Shown here one piece after another: positions 46,854 through 55,467 of a stretch of DNA of 64,000 nucleotides. Below the pieces are notes generated by a model. The model did not search any database. It saw nothing but the letters and a program-made list of their open reading frames with translations, and had not been told where the DNA came from. A program made the position numbers and the translations under genes. Source of the stretch: Acidobacteriota bacterium (GTDB lineage Bacteria > Acidobacteriota > Terriglobia > Acidiferrales > UBA7541); contig PMAA01000142.1 in assembly GCA_003152355.1 (NCBI GenBank), forward strand, positions 2,003-66,002. The letters run 5' to 3'. Positions within the stretch are counted from its first letter, which is position 1; every line of letters starts with the position of its first letter.

Positions 46854-48746
46854 CTAAAGTATAACACGCTCGTCGCCCACGCGGCGCGTCACGCGTTCCC
46901 GGTCAAGGAACTCGAGTAGTGGGATGGCGTATTTCCGGGTTACGCCGGTCATATCCTTGAACGCACCGATGGGAAGCCGCTCACCATTCGCTTTCTTATA
47001 GTTCGCCACAAGTTCGCGCAACTTTGCGACTGCATTCTGATGGAAAACCAGGTCTTGCGCGACCTTCACGAGCGTCTTTTCGCTCAGCAGGATCTGGAGA
47101 ATCTTTTGCGCTCGCTTGGCCTCCACTGGGAGCTTGGCCAGGACTTCATCCAAGCGCGGCACTGCAAGGCCCGCACGTTCAAATTCCTGCTCGATTAGCT
47201 CTTTGGCCCGTGCCTCTTCGGGAAGGAGCGCGATTTCTCGACCTGACTTTTGCACGAGATCCCCGGACACGGTAACGGCGCGAGCGGCCACAAGTTCAGC
47301 GAGCGCGCCACGAAAAACCTCCGGGCGCGATTTCGTCCGGCCACGCAAATCTTCCTTGGCAATTCCAGAAGTAAGCCGATTGGTGCGGTGAAATTCTTCG
47401 ACCGCCGCGCGAATGCGATTCGCGCATTCCACGACAATCGCCGTCGGAACTACGGTAAGCGGCTCTTCCTGCGCGATGACGAGGGTTCTCGCCCTCGTCA
47501 GCTTCGCGATAACGTCGCGTGCGTCCTGCTCGATCCAGCCCGTGCGAGCGATAAGGCGCGGTAGCGCGAGGCCGCGCAGTTCGCTCGCGGCCAGCGATTC
47601 TACGATCGCTTCGCGTTCGTTCCGCTCAAACATTCCGAGAAGCGGAATCACACGCGCGTCTTTGCGGCGATGCCCCGATGCAAGCGGATCGAGCACCGTG
47701 CCGCCGCCGACAGTCGTCACCGGTGAAAACCTCCGCAGAATGAATCGGTCCCCTGGCAACGCGAGCACCGGTTCGGTCAGCCGCAATTGCGCGAATGCGG
47801 AACCACCAGGCTCGAGCTTTTCCCGATCGAGGAGAATCACCTCGGCAATCATCTCCGCCGTGCCGTGATGAAAGTGAACGCGCGAGCGGCTCTTGAGCGC
47901 AGGCGCCGAACGAAGCAATTCGATCCTTGCGTCCAGCCGCGTCGTCGGCTGAAATATTCCACGCGCAGCGAGCTCCATGCCTCGATGCAATTCGTCGAGC
48001 TCCACGCCTGCAAGATTCACGGCGGTGCGCTGGCCCGCCACGGCGTGATCTACAGCAGCGCCGCCGGAATGAAGGCCGCGCACGCGAAGCCGCCGCCGCG
48101 CAGGAAACAGCTCGACCTCGTCCTCGGCGCGGATTGAGCCGGAAACGAGGGTGCCCGTAACGACCGGGCCAAATCCCTTCATTACAAACGCGCGATCCAC
48201 GGGCAAGCGAAAATACCCGCGCGCGTCTTTGCCCGGTGAACGCTCCGCAGCTTCCCGCAGCGCATCTCGCAGCGCATCAAGCCCCGCGCCGGTCTTCGAA
48301 CTCACCTCGACAATCGGAGCGCCTTCGAGAAACGAGCCACGCACGAGGTCCTCAACTTCAAGGTTCGCGAGGCCGGCCGTGTCCGCATCCACGAGATCTG
48401 ACTTCGTCAGCACGATGATTCCTGTGGAAATTCCAAGCAGACGGCAAATATCGAAGTGCTCCCGCGTTTGCGGCTTTACCGATTCATCCGCGGCAACAAC
48501 AAGAAGCACGAGGTCAATTCCGCCCGCGCCCGCCAGCATGTTGCGCACGAATCGCTCGTGCCCCGGAACATCGACGAATCCAATGCGCACTTCGCCGAGG
48601 TCGAGAAATGCGAAGCCGAGGTCAATCGTGATTCCGCGGCGCTTCTCTTCTTCGAGGCGATCGGGATGCGTGCCAGTAAGGGCGGCGACGAGCGAGGATT
48701 TGCCGTGATCAATGTGGCCGGCCGTGCCGACGATGATGTGCTTCAT
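46854..48746 (-). CDS. selB: selenocysteine-specific translation elongation factor SelB
   Basis: GTPase G1 [15 protein letters not shown]-Tu-like domains II/III, and a long C-terminal winged-helix region (…[20 protein letters not shown]). Confidence 0.9.
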   Translation of the reverse strand: MKHIIVGTAGHIDHGKSSLVAALTGTHPDRLEEEKRRGITIDLGFAFLDLGEVRIGFVDVPGHERFVRNMLAGAGGIDLVLLVVAADESVKPQTREHFDICRLLGISTGIIVLTKSDLVDADTAGLANLEVEDLVRGSFLEGAPIVEVSSKTGAGLDALRDALREAAERSPGKDARGYFRLPVDRAFVMKGFGPVVTGTLVSGSIRAEDEVELFPARRRLRVRGLHSGGAAVDHAVAGQRTAVNLAGVELDELHRGMELAARGIFQPTTRLDARIELLRSAPALKSRSRVHFHHGTAEMIAEVILLDREKLEPGGSAFAQLRLTEPVLALPGDRFILRRFSPVTTVGGGTVLDPLASGHRRKDARVIPLLGMFERNEREAIVESLAASELRGLALPRLIARTGWIEQDARDVIAKLTRARTLVIAQEEPLTVVPTAIVVECANRIRAAVEEFHRTNRLTSGIAKEDLRGRTKSRPEVFRGALAELVAARAVTVSGDLVQKSGREIALLPEEARAKELIEQEFERAGLAVPRLDEVLAKLPVEAKRAQKILQILLSEKTLVKVAQDLVFHQNAVAKLRELVANYKKANGERLPIGAFKDMTGVTRKYAIPLLEFLDRERVTRRVGDERVIL

Positions 48747-48903
48747 GGCTTCGCTTCATGGCTTGATGGCTTCATGGAAGGATGAGATGCAGCCACAAAC
48801 GGATAGGTGCTTCGAGCGGCTGGAATCTACGGGGCGCTGCGATGTTTCAGCGTGCACGCGGCTTTCGGCACCGCGGCGCCCCGCAAGTTTCGTCACTGCG
48901 ATT

Positions 48904-51012
48904 TCATGGCGTCTTTTCGGCCTTGCGTTGCAAAGGTGGCGCGGTTGTCGAGCCTTTGAAAACGGGCTTGCCGAGCTTCGCGATCCACAGCCCAGAGTCA
49001 ATATCGTTGATGTAGATCAATCCGTTCCACGGCTGCGCGCCCCACGTCAGCGGCAAATTCGCGCGAAACGCCTGCGAGTCGCCAGTCCATAGCCGCGCAA
49101 TTTCCCGGCCCTGACGATAAAGATCGCCGCGCAATTCGCCCGAAATGTCGATCACGCGCCCGCCGCCGCCGTAATCGCCAAGGAACAACATGTCGTTGTC
49201 CGCCCAGAAATTATGCGAGCCGCCCTCCGGCACCTCGTAAAATGCCACCTCCCGCGGATGTTCGAGATCCGAAACATCCATCACGTGGCAAATGGCGCGC
49301 GTCGGCACTCGATCCTTACTCATGATATTGAAAAAGCCCAGAAGCACTTCGTCACCGACGAACAAATAGTTCTTGTAGCGGAACGTGCTATGCGTGCCGG
49401 CCAGCCAGTCGTCGCCATACAGTTCGTAGTGGTTATAGAGATACTGGCTGACGAGCTTCGGATATTCCGGGCTTCCGCCCTTCATTCCGTTGCCAACGTC
49501 GAGAATCACCAGGCCGTCGCGCCAATACGCGAGATACGCCAAGCCGTCTTTCACGTAGAGATCGTGCAGGTAGCGCCCCGTCGTGACCGGCCCTTCAGGC
49601 CCGACGATGGTTTGTGACTTGTTGTTGTCCACTTGCCAGCGCGCGACTTCCTTCGGATGCTTGGGATCCTGGAAATCAATCACCCGCAGCGACCCGGTCG
49701 CATCGTCGGTGAGATAAATGTAGTGCGTGTTGATAAAGGCGCTGTGAACACCACCAGTCACGGTTTCCGTGTATTCGGCGGCAGTTTGCAATTTGTTAGG
49801 ATCGGAGAGATCGAGGACGACAATTCCGTTCTTCCGGTTCGACGCCCCCTCACGCGTGATTACGCCAAGTTTTTCATCGGGCGTCGTGCTGACGTCATTT
49901 ACCAACCTCGCGTCCACTTTCATCGTATCGAGCAGCTTCGGGTTGGACGGATCCGCGATATCGTAAAGAAACACACGGTCGGCAATCGTGGAAAGATACG
50001 CATGGGTGCCGATGATCCACTCTTCCGCCGTCTGGATAGGCTCGCCCTTCTCATCTTTCGGCTGAACGTGCGCGACCACATCAATCTCGCGCTCGGCATT
50101 CCGCGGCGTCACCGTAATTGACGCGCTGCCGCTGTGTTGGCCGATCGAAGCGGTGACCTCGTAGGTGCCGGGGTTGTACGCGACGAACGCTCCGTCGGAA
50201 TACGCCGCAGCACCGTTGCCGCTCACGGACCAATTGATCGTGACGTCCCTGACCGGTTTGCCGGCCGCATCCTTCGCGGCGGCCGTAAAGTGAACTACGT
50301 CTCCCGTCCGCGCGGTGGTCGTAGCTGGCTCGACCGCAAGTCGCCGCACAGTGTCCGCGACGACGCGAACACCGACTTCGCCATTCACGCCTTCCGCTGT
50401 AGCCTGAATCCGCGCATCGCCCGGCGCAACAGCCGTCACGATGCCTGCGGCATCCACTTTCGCAATCGCCGGCGTGAGCGACTTCCATGTCACGGCGACA
50501 TCGGGCCGGCTCGAGCCGTCGGCTGCATGCGGTTTCGCAGCGAGCGCCGCGGATCCGCCGACGGCCAGCGGCGCCGCAAGCCTCTCTATGTCCACGTGCG
50601 TAACCGCGGGCTTAGCCACCATCACCTTCGCGAGCCCCACCTCCTGGCCAATCAGTGCGCCGACCGTGATCTCGCCCGGCGCCGAGAAGTACACCTTGCC
50701 GCTCGTGTCCGCACCGGCAGCATCGAACGGCGCCGCGAACCACACGGTCACCTTCGCGTCAACGACCTTGCCCGAAGCATCCTTCCCCACAGCCGTGAAT
50801 TGCAAACTTGAGCCGACTTCCGCCTTCGCTTCCATCGGGCTGATTTCAACTTTGGCGACTTTCGGCCCTTGCTCGGCTTCTTTGCCTTTGTCTTTATCTT
50901 CCTGCGCGCGCGACACCGGCGCAAAAAGAGCCGCGGCCAAGCCGACGGCCAGAGCAGACGCGCCAAAACTTCGCGCCCATTTCACAATTCCGCTGAAGCA
51001 AATCTTCATCAA
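48904..51012 (-). CDS. secreted protein with Big_2 Ig-like repeats and LVIVD-type beta-propeller
   Basis: Signal peptide. Three to four Big_2-like units (VAKVEISPMEA...LQFTAVGKDASGK). C-terminal repeats of the type FLYDIADPSNPKLL / VVLDLSDPNKL / RVIDFQDPKHPKEV. Confidence 0.7.
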   Translation of the reverse strand: MMKICFSGIVKWARSFGASALAVGLAAALFAPVSRAQEDKDKGKEAEQGPKVAKVEISPMEAKAEVGSSLQFTAVGKDASGKVVDAKVTVWFAAPFDAAGADTSGKVYFSAPGEITVGALIGQEVGLAKVMVAKPAVTHVDIERLAAPLAVGGSAALAAKPHAADGSSRPDVAVTWKSLTPAIAKVDAAGIVTAVAPGDARIQATAEGVNGEVGVRVVADTVRRLAVEPATTTARTGDVVHFTAAAKDAAGKPVRDVTINWSVSGNGAAAYSDGAFVAYNPGTYEVTASIGQHSGSASITVTPRNAEREIDVVAHVQPKDEKGEPIQTAEEWIIGTHAYLSTIADRVFLYDIADPSNPKLLDTMKVDARLVNDVSTTPDEKLGVITREGASNRKNGIVVLDLSDPNKLQTAAEYTETVTGGVHSAFINTHYIYLTDDATGSLRVIDFQDPKHPKEVARWQVDNNKSQTIVGPEGPVTTGRYLHDLYVKDGLAYLAYWRDGLVILDVGNGMKGGSPEYPKLVSQYLYNHYELYGDDWLAGTHSTFRYKNYLFVGDEVLLGFFNIMSKDRVPTRAICHVMDVSDLEHPREVAFYEVPEGGSHNFWADNDMLFLGDYGGGGRVIDISGELRGDLYRQGREIARLWTGDSQAFRANLPLTWGAQPWNGLIYINDIDSGLWIAKLGKPVFKGSTTAPPLQRKAEKTP

Positions 51013-51054
51013 TCCGGCTCCTGTTCGAGAATTCGTGCGCGATCTCGCACGGTC

Positions 51055-52212
51055 TTACGGCCGCCCCGGTTCCGTTTTCCAAAAATCGATTCCGCCCGCT
51101 TGCTCGCCCACATCAATCGCCGCAATGCTCTTCATCGCGTCGAGATCGATCATTTCCACCGTGCCCGGCTCCGCCCCAATGCCCTCCTCCGAAATAAACG
51201 CGTAGTGATCGTCGGGCGAAACCACCGCTCCGTGCACAACTTGCCGCTTCGTCGGAATCCGCGCGAGCTCCTTGCCGGTTTCGGGATTGAAAATCGAGAC
51301 GGACTGCCCGCGTTTATTTGTCGCCACCACGCGGCCGTCTTTGGTCATCGCCAGATTATAGACGCCCGTTGCTGCCGGGAATCGGCGCGCGATTGTCCAG
51401 CTCTTCGCGTCAATCGCTATAATCTCGTTCGACTTGTTGCACGCCACGTAGATCGTGCTTCCGTCGTTCGAAGGCTGCGCCCACGTCGGGACGCACGTGG
51501 CCGCCATCGTGTGAGCCCCGGCGTGAAATTCAGCTGGGCCGTTCATGCCCATTTCCTTGCCTGCTGTGAGCATGAAATGGCGCGAGACTTCGAGCGAGGC
51601 CGTGTCAATCTCCACGAGCATGTCGTCCATCATGCAGACCGAATAGTGCTTCGTCCCCTGCGGGTTCAGGCGCGAGCCATGTGGCATCGTGCACGTCGTG
51701 ATCCGCTTGACTTCGATCATAGGGTCGGTCGCGACCACCGAAATGGATGACGGCACCATATCGCCGTGAAAATTTGCGTTTGCGACATAAATGAACTTGC
51801 CATCGTGCGTGATGTCGGTTGTCGCCGGAAAAAGACCGAGAGAAGTAAACCGTACCATCTCGTCCGCGCCCGCCTTGTACTTCCACACCGACCCGTACGG
51901 CAGCCCATGTCCGACCGACACATAGACGTATTGCCGATCCGGCGAGATAGCGATTCCGTGTGGGCCGTTGATGTCCGTCGGCATCAGCCCCACTTTTGCT
52001 TCGTGATCAATCCTCGCAGTCGCCGTTTCAGAAGGTCCCGGAGTAAACCGCAGCCGAACCAGCTTATCCGCGGACTCGCAAACGACGTAAACGAGATAGT
52101 CCTGTGTCGGCGCCTGTGCCCGGAAGACGGGTGACACGATCAACACAGCAAGGAATGGCAGAACCAAAATCCTGAGACGCAAAATTCGATTCAAAACTTT
52201 CAGAGCCTCCAA
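51055..52212 (-). CDS. YVTN/YncE-like beta-propeller repeat protein, secreted
   Basis: Signal peptide and repeated GPHGIAISPDRQYVYVS-type blades. TTG start is uncertain. Confidence 0.65.
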   Translation of the reverse strand: MEALKVLNRILRLRILVLPFLAVLIVSPVFRAQAPTQDYLVYVVCESADKLVRLRFTPGPSETATARIDHEAKVGLMPTDINGPHGIAISPDRQYVYVSVGHGLPYGSVWKYKAGADEMVRFTSLGLFPATTDITHDGKFIYVANANFHGDMVPSSISVVATDPMIEVKRITTCTMPHGSRLNPQGTKHYSVCMMDDMLVEIDTASLEVSRHFMLTAGKEMGMNGPAEFHAGAHTMAATCVPTWAQPSNDGSTIYVACNKSNEIIAIDAKSWTIARRFPAATGVYNLAMTKDGRVVATNKRGQSVSIFNPETGKELARIPTKRQVVHGAVVSPDDHYAFISEEGIGAEPGTVEMIDLDAMKSIAAIDVGEQAGGIDFWKTEPGRP

Positions 52213-52372
52213 AGGCAGGACCGGCGACGGGCAAAAATGAACCCTATTCAGCCCTTTGTCAATAGACGGTGATCAAAGCAATGCGCTTCGGAGAATTTCG
52301 CTTTTGTGAATTGGAGCTGGACACTTGAAGGTTGATAGCTCGGGACCTATTGCGTTGCGCGCGCAAAAACGT

Positions 52373-52404
52373 GTCCTTCCGAACGAAGTGAGGAATCTGC
52401 ATTT
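52373..52404. repeat. 32-nt hairpin repeat, copy A (family shared with 63729-63760)
   Basis: GTCCTTCCGAACGAAGTGAGGAATCTGCATTT matches the 63729 copy at 27/32 positions. The stem substitution is compensatory. Confidence 0.6.
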
Positions 52405-52444
52405 CTGATCAGCAGCAACCCTGTGAAATTCTTGAGTTTCTGCT

Positions 52445-52516
52445 TTTCGTACCAATTTTCGTACCAAGAGGACGGTTCATTTCTGAAAAAATTTGGCAAT
52501 TTCAAATTTGAAATTG
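52445..52516. repeat. 12-nt perfect tandem duplication plus 18-nt perfect palindrome
   Basis: TTTTCGTACCAA x2 (52445-52468). AATTTCAAATTTGAAATT (52499-52516) is a perfect palindrome, and a 16/18 relative lies at 63776-63793. Confidence 0.6.
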
Positions 52517-52550
52517 GGTCGGCGTATTTAAGCTTTTTCGCTGTCTACGC

Positions 52551-53243
52551 TCACACGCCAACGGATGCGAGCACCGCGGAGATTTCGCCGTCAATTTGAA
52601 TCGCAGCTTTTCGAGGATCCTGCGCGCCGGTAATCGGCCGGCCAATCACCAGGTAATCCGCGCCGGAGCGTATCGCCGCAGAGGGAGTAGCCACACGGCT
52701 CTGATCGTCCGACTCGGAATTTGCAGGACGGATTCCTGGAACCACGATCAAGAATTTAGGCCCGAACGCGCGCCGGACTGCGCGCACCTCCTGCGGTGAG
52801 ACGACAACACCATCGCATCCGGATGCCTTTGCAATTCGCGCCAGTCTCAGCGTCTCGGCTGCGGGTGGTCCTGCGATTCCGACGCGCCGTAAAGACGACG
52901 CATCGTGACTTGTAAGGACAGTTACACCCAGCAGCGCCGGAGCCTTCTTCGCCGCGCGCCCGGCTCTCACCGCCGCCTCCACCACTTCAGTACCTCCGAG
53001 CGTATGCAACGTGAGTAGGCGTACTCCCGGCAATTTCGTTGCAGCTGTGACGGCCCCGGTAACCGTGCTCGGAATATCGTGAAACTTGAGATCGAGAAAT
53101 ATGCCGTAGCCCATCCGAGCGAGCTGCCGGACTACAGGTGGCCCCTCAGCCGTAAACAAGCAGCTCCCGACCTTCAGCATCCCAACCACGCCACGGAGTT
53201 GCCGCGCCAGGGCACACGCGTCCCTGGCGTGGTCAACATCCAA
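52551..53243 (-). CDS. pyrF: orotidine 5'-phosphate decarboxylase
   Basis: FLDLKFHDIPSTV (DxKxxD) motif. The only canonical start is TTG 53243, but homology continues upstream (see findings). Confidence 0.85.
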   Translation of the reverse strand: MDVDHARDACALARQLRGVVGMLKVGSCLFTAEGPPVVRQLARMGYGIFLDLKFHDIPSTVTGAVTAATKLPGVRLLTLHTLGGTEVVEAAVRAGRAAKKAPALLGVTVLTSHDASSLRRVGIAGPPAAETLRLARIAKASGCDGVVVSPQEVRAVRRAFGPKFLIVVPGIRPANSESDDQSRVATPSAAIRSGADYLVIGRPITGAQDPRKAAIQIDGEISAVLASVGV

Positions 53244-53251
53244 AGCGACGA

Positions 53252-53758
53252 TTATTCGGGATGAGTGGAAGCGGGTCGTGTCGGCACCTCGAGGAGTTCC
53301 AGTCGGACTTTCGCGAGTCCGCTCTGGTCGAATCCCAGCCGGCGAGCTACTTCGTAGGAGACGTCCAGGCCACGGCCGTCAACATAGGGGCCGCGGTCGT
53401 TAATCCGGACGATAAGGCTCCGATGGTTCTTCGGGTTCGATACCCGGACAATGGAGCCGAGGGGTAGAGATGGGTGAGCTGCTGTTACGGCGAACATGTC
53501 GTACGTCTCGCCGTTAGCTGTAGGACGGCCGTCAAAGTCTTCACCGTACCAACTTGAGACACATTCCCAGACTTTGAGCGGTTTACCTTTCAAGTTCGGA
53601 TTCGGAGTCGCTAGTCGGGATGCTGCTTGGAGATTTGTCGCAGAAAGTGACTCTCCCGAGTTCGGAGTCGTCAGAGGTGCATTCAAAGCCGGAGTCAAAA
53701 AGAATAGTGCCAAGCCTAAAAATACCGCGCTCGATGTCATCAATTTCTTGAAAAACAT
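53252..53758 (-). CDS. rlpA: septal ring lytic transglycosylase RlpA family (DPBB domain) protein
   Basis: SWYGEDFDGRPTANGETYDM...AAHPSLPLGSIVRVSN...LIVRINDRGPY. Signal peptide. ATG 53758 (GTG 53764 possible). Confidence 0.8.
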   Translation of the reverse strand: MFFKKLMTSSAVFLGLALFFLTPALNAPLTTPNSGESLSATNLQAASRLATPNPNLKGKPLKVWECVSSWYGEDFDGRPTANGETYDMFAVTAAHPSLPLGSIVRVSNPKNHRSLIVRINDRGPYVDGRGLDVSYEVARRLGFDQSGLAKVRLELLEVPTRPASTHPE

Positions 53759-53792
53759 TTTCACCTAACCTTTGTCTAATGAGCGGATTATA

Positions 53793-54842
53793 CTAGTTCC
53801 GGGCTCCTTCTGGCAATCCACTAATCCCTGTAAAGCCGCCCGTTAAATCGCTCACTCGAATGATGTTATTGGCCTTACACCACTTTGCGAGTCCCTCGAC
53901 CAGCCTCTCAGACGCTCTCGGGTCCACAAAGTGTGCCGTGCCAACTTCCACCGCCGACGCCCCTGAGAGGAGATATTCGACTGAATCCTCAGGAGTTTCG
54001 ATCCCGCCGAGGCCAACCACCGGGATACTGACTGCCTTGCAGGCCTCGTATACCAACCGGACTGTTATCGGTTTTATGGCCGGCCCCGACAATCCACCTG
54101 TGGTACTGCCTAAACGGGACTTTCGATTGTGTGTATCGATACACAGTGCAGGGTAGGTATTCGCGATGGTCAGGGCGTCCGCTCCGGCACCTTCGGCAGC
54201 CTTGGCCATAACTCCAATAAATCCAACAGTCGGCGCCAGCTTGACCCAAATAGGCCGCGCCGTGATCCTGCGTGCTGCCTCCACGACTGAACTGAGGCAT
54301 CCTGGATCCAAACCGAATTCAACTCCTCCCTTGTCTACGTTCGGACAGGAGACATTCAATTCGTACCCGGCCACCCCCTCCGATTGTTCCAGTACTCGAA
54401 CTACTTCAACGTAGCCTTCAATCGTTCTCCCGAATACGTTCGCAATCACATGAGTGTTGTAACGGCGCAACAGCGGCAACTTCTCTGCGACGAAGGCTCG
54501 CACTCCGATGTTCTGAAGCCCAATGGCGTTGACCATCCCCGACGCCGTGTCGCAAATCCTCGGGGAGGCCGCACCCGCCATAGGCTCGGCAGACAGTCCC
54601 TTCACCACGATCCCGCCGAGGCGGTTCAGGTCCACGAGGTCTGCGAATTCAACGCCATAGCCAAACGTGCCACTCGCGGCAATTACGGGGTTTTTGAAGG
54701 AAAGGGTGCCGACGTTGACGCTGAGGTCAACTTCCGCGGGCCGAGTCGTAGCTGGGGCCGGCTGCGGTAGATTCACCGGCAAGAGTCTACCACGCAGGTC
54801 AAGATTTGAGACCGTTTCACGCCGCTGCCGCCATGACGCCAA
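53793..54842 (-). CDS. pyrD: dihydroorotate dehydrogenase (class 1-like catalytic subunit)
   Basis: FKNPVIAASGTFGYG, NVSCPN and GGLSGPAIKPI motifs. The true start is probably downstream of TTG 54842 (e.g. GTG 54773). Confidence 0.85.
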   Translation of the reverse strand: MASWRQRRETVSNLDLRGRLLPVNLPQPAPATTRPAEVDLSVNVGTLSFKNPVIAASGTFGYGVEFADLVDLNRLGGIVVKGLSAEPMAGAASPRICDTASGMVNAIGLQNIGVRAFVAEKLPLLRRYNTHVIANVFGRTIEGYVEVVRVLEQSEGVAGYELNVSCPNVDKGGVEFGLDPGCLSSVVEAARRITARPIWVKLAPTVGFIGVMAKAAEGAGADALTIANTYPALCIDTHNRKSRLGSTTGGLSGPAIKPITVRLVYEACKAVSIPVVGLGGIETPEDSVEYLLSGASAVEVGTAHFVDPRASERLVEGLAKWCKANNIIRVSDLTGGFTGISGLPEGARN

Positions 54843-54918
54843 CTTGCATCATAATGAGACGAACGAGTCGAACGCTCGGCTCCTCAACTTGCGCTTGGTG
54901 TGCTAGGATGTGCGGCCA

Positions 54919-55467
54919 ATGCGCGTCGAAGAAAAACGACAATTGATGGCTCCGGAAGAAATTGAGCGCACGCTGCAGCGGCTCGCGCACGAAATTGTTG
55001 AAAAGAGCGGCGGCACTTCAAATGTAGTGCTTATCGGCGTGCGTCGCCGCGGTGTTCCGCTGGCGAATCGCCTGGCGAAAACCATCAAAGGGTTCTCGAA
55101 CGTTGACGTGCCCGTCGGGACGCTCGATATCACGCTCTATCGCGATGATCTCTCCACCGTCGCGCCGCAACCCGTCGTGCAGTCCACCGAAATTCCGTTC
55201 GTTGTGGACGACCGCGACATCGTTCTTGTAGACGACGTTCTGTACACAGGACGGACGGCGCGCGCCGCGATGAATGGCCTGTTCGACCTCGGGCGCCCCA
55301 AAAGCATTCGCATGCTCGTTCTGATCGACCGCGGCCATCGCGAGTTGCCCATCGAGGCAACTTTCATCGGCCGCACCGTAACGACCAGCGACAGCGAAAT
55401 CATCGAAGTTCGCTTGCAGGAAATTGACAAAGAGGAGCGTGTGATGCTCGTGGACCGCGTCGCTTGA
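54919..55467 (+). CDS. pyrR: bifunctional pyr operon regulator / uracil phosphoribosyltransferase PyrR
   Basis: LMAPEEIERTLQRLAHEIVEK and the PRPP motif VLVDDVLYTGRTARAA. ATG 54919 preferred. Confidence 0.85.
   Translation: MRVEEKRQLMAPEEIERTLQRLAHEIVEKSGGTSNVVLIGVRRRGVPLANRLAKTIKGFSNVDVPVGTLDITLYRDDLSTVAPQPVVQSTEIPFVVDDRDIVLVDDVLYTGRTARAAMNGLFDLGRPKSIRMLVLIDRGHRELPIEATFIGRTVTTSDSEIIEVRLQEIDKEERVMLVDRVA

Noticed and set aside
48747-48903. tRNA-Sec (selC) adjacent to selB
   Set aside because: No cloverleaf with a UCA anticodon, a long variable arm and an 8+5 or 9+4 acceptor/T geometry could be folded here or in 46788-46853.
54843-54918. PyrR-binding attenuator (ARUCCAGAGAGGYU loop) ahead of pyrR-pyrB-pyrC
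   Set aside because: No UCCAGAGAGG-like sequence or terminator/antiterminator pair is visible in the 76-nt divergent region. PyrR may act only as a UPRTase or bind elsewhere.
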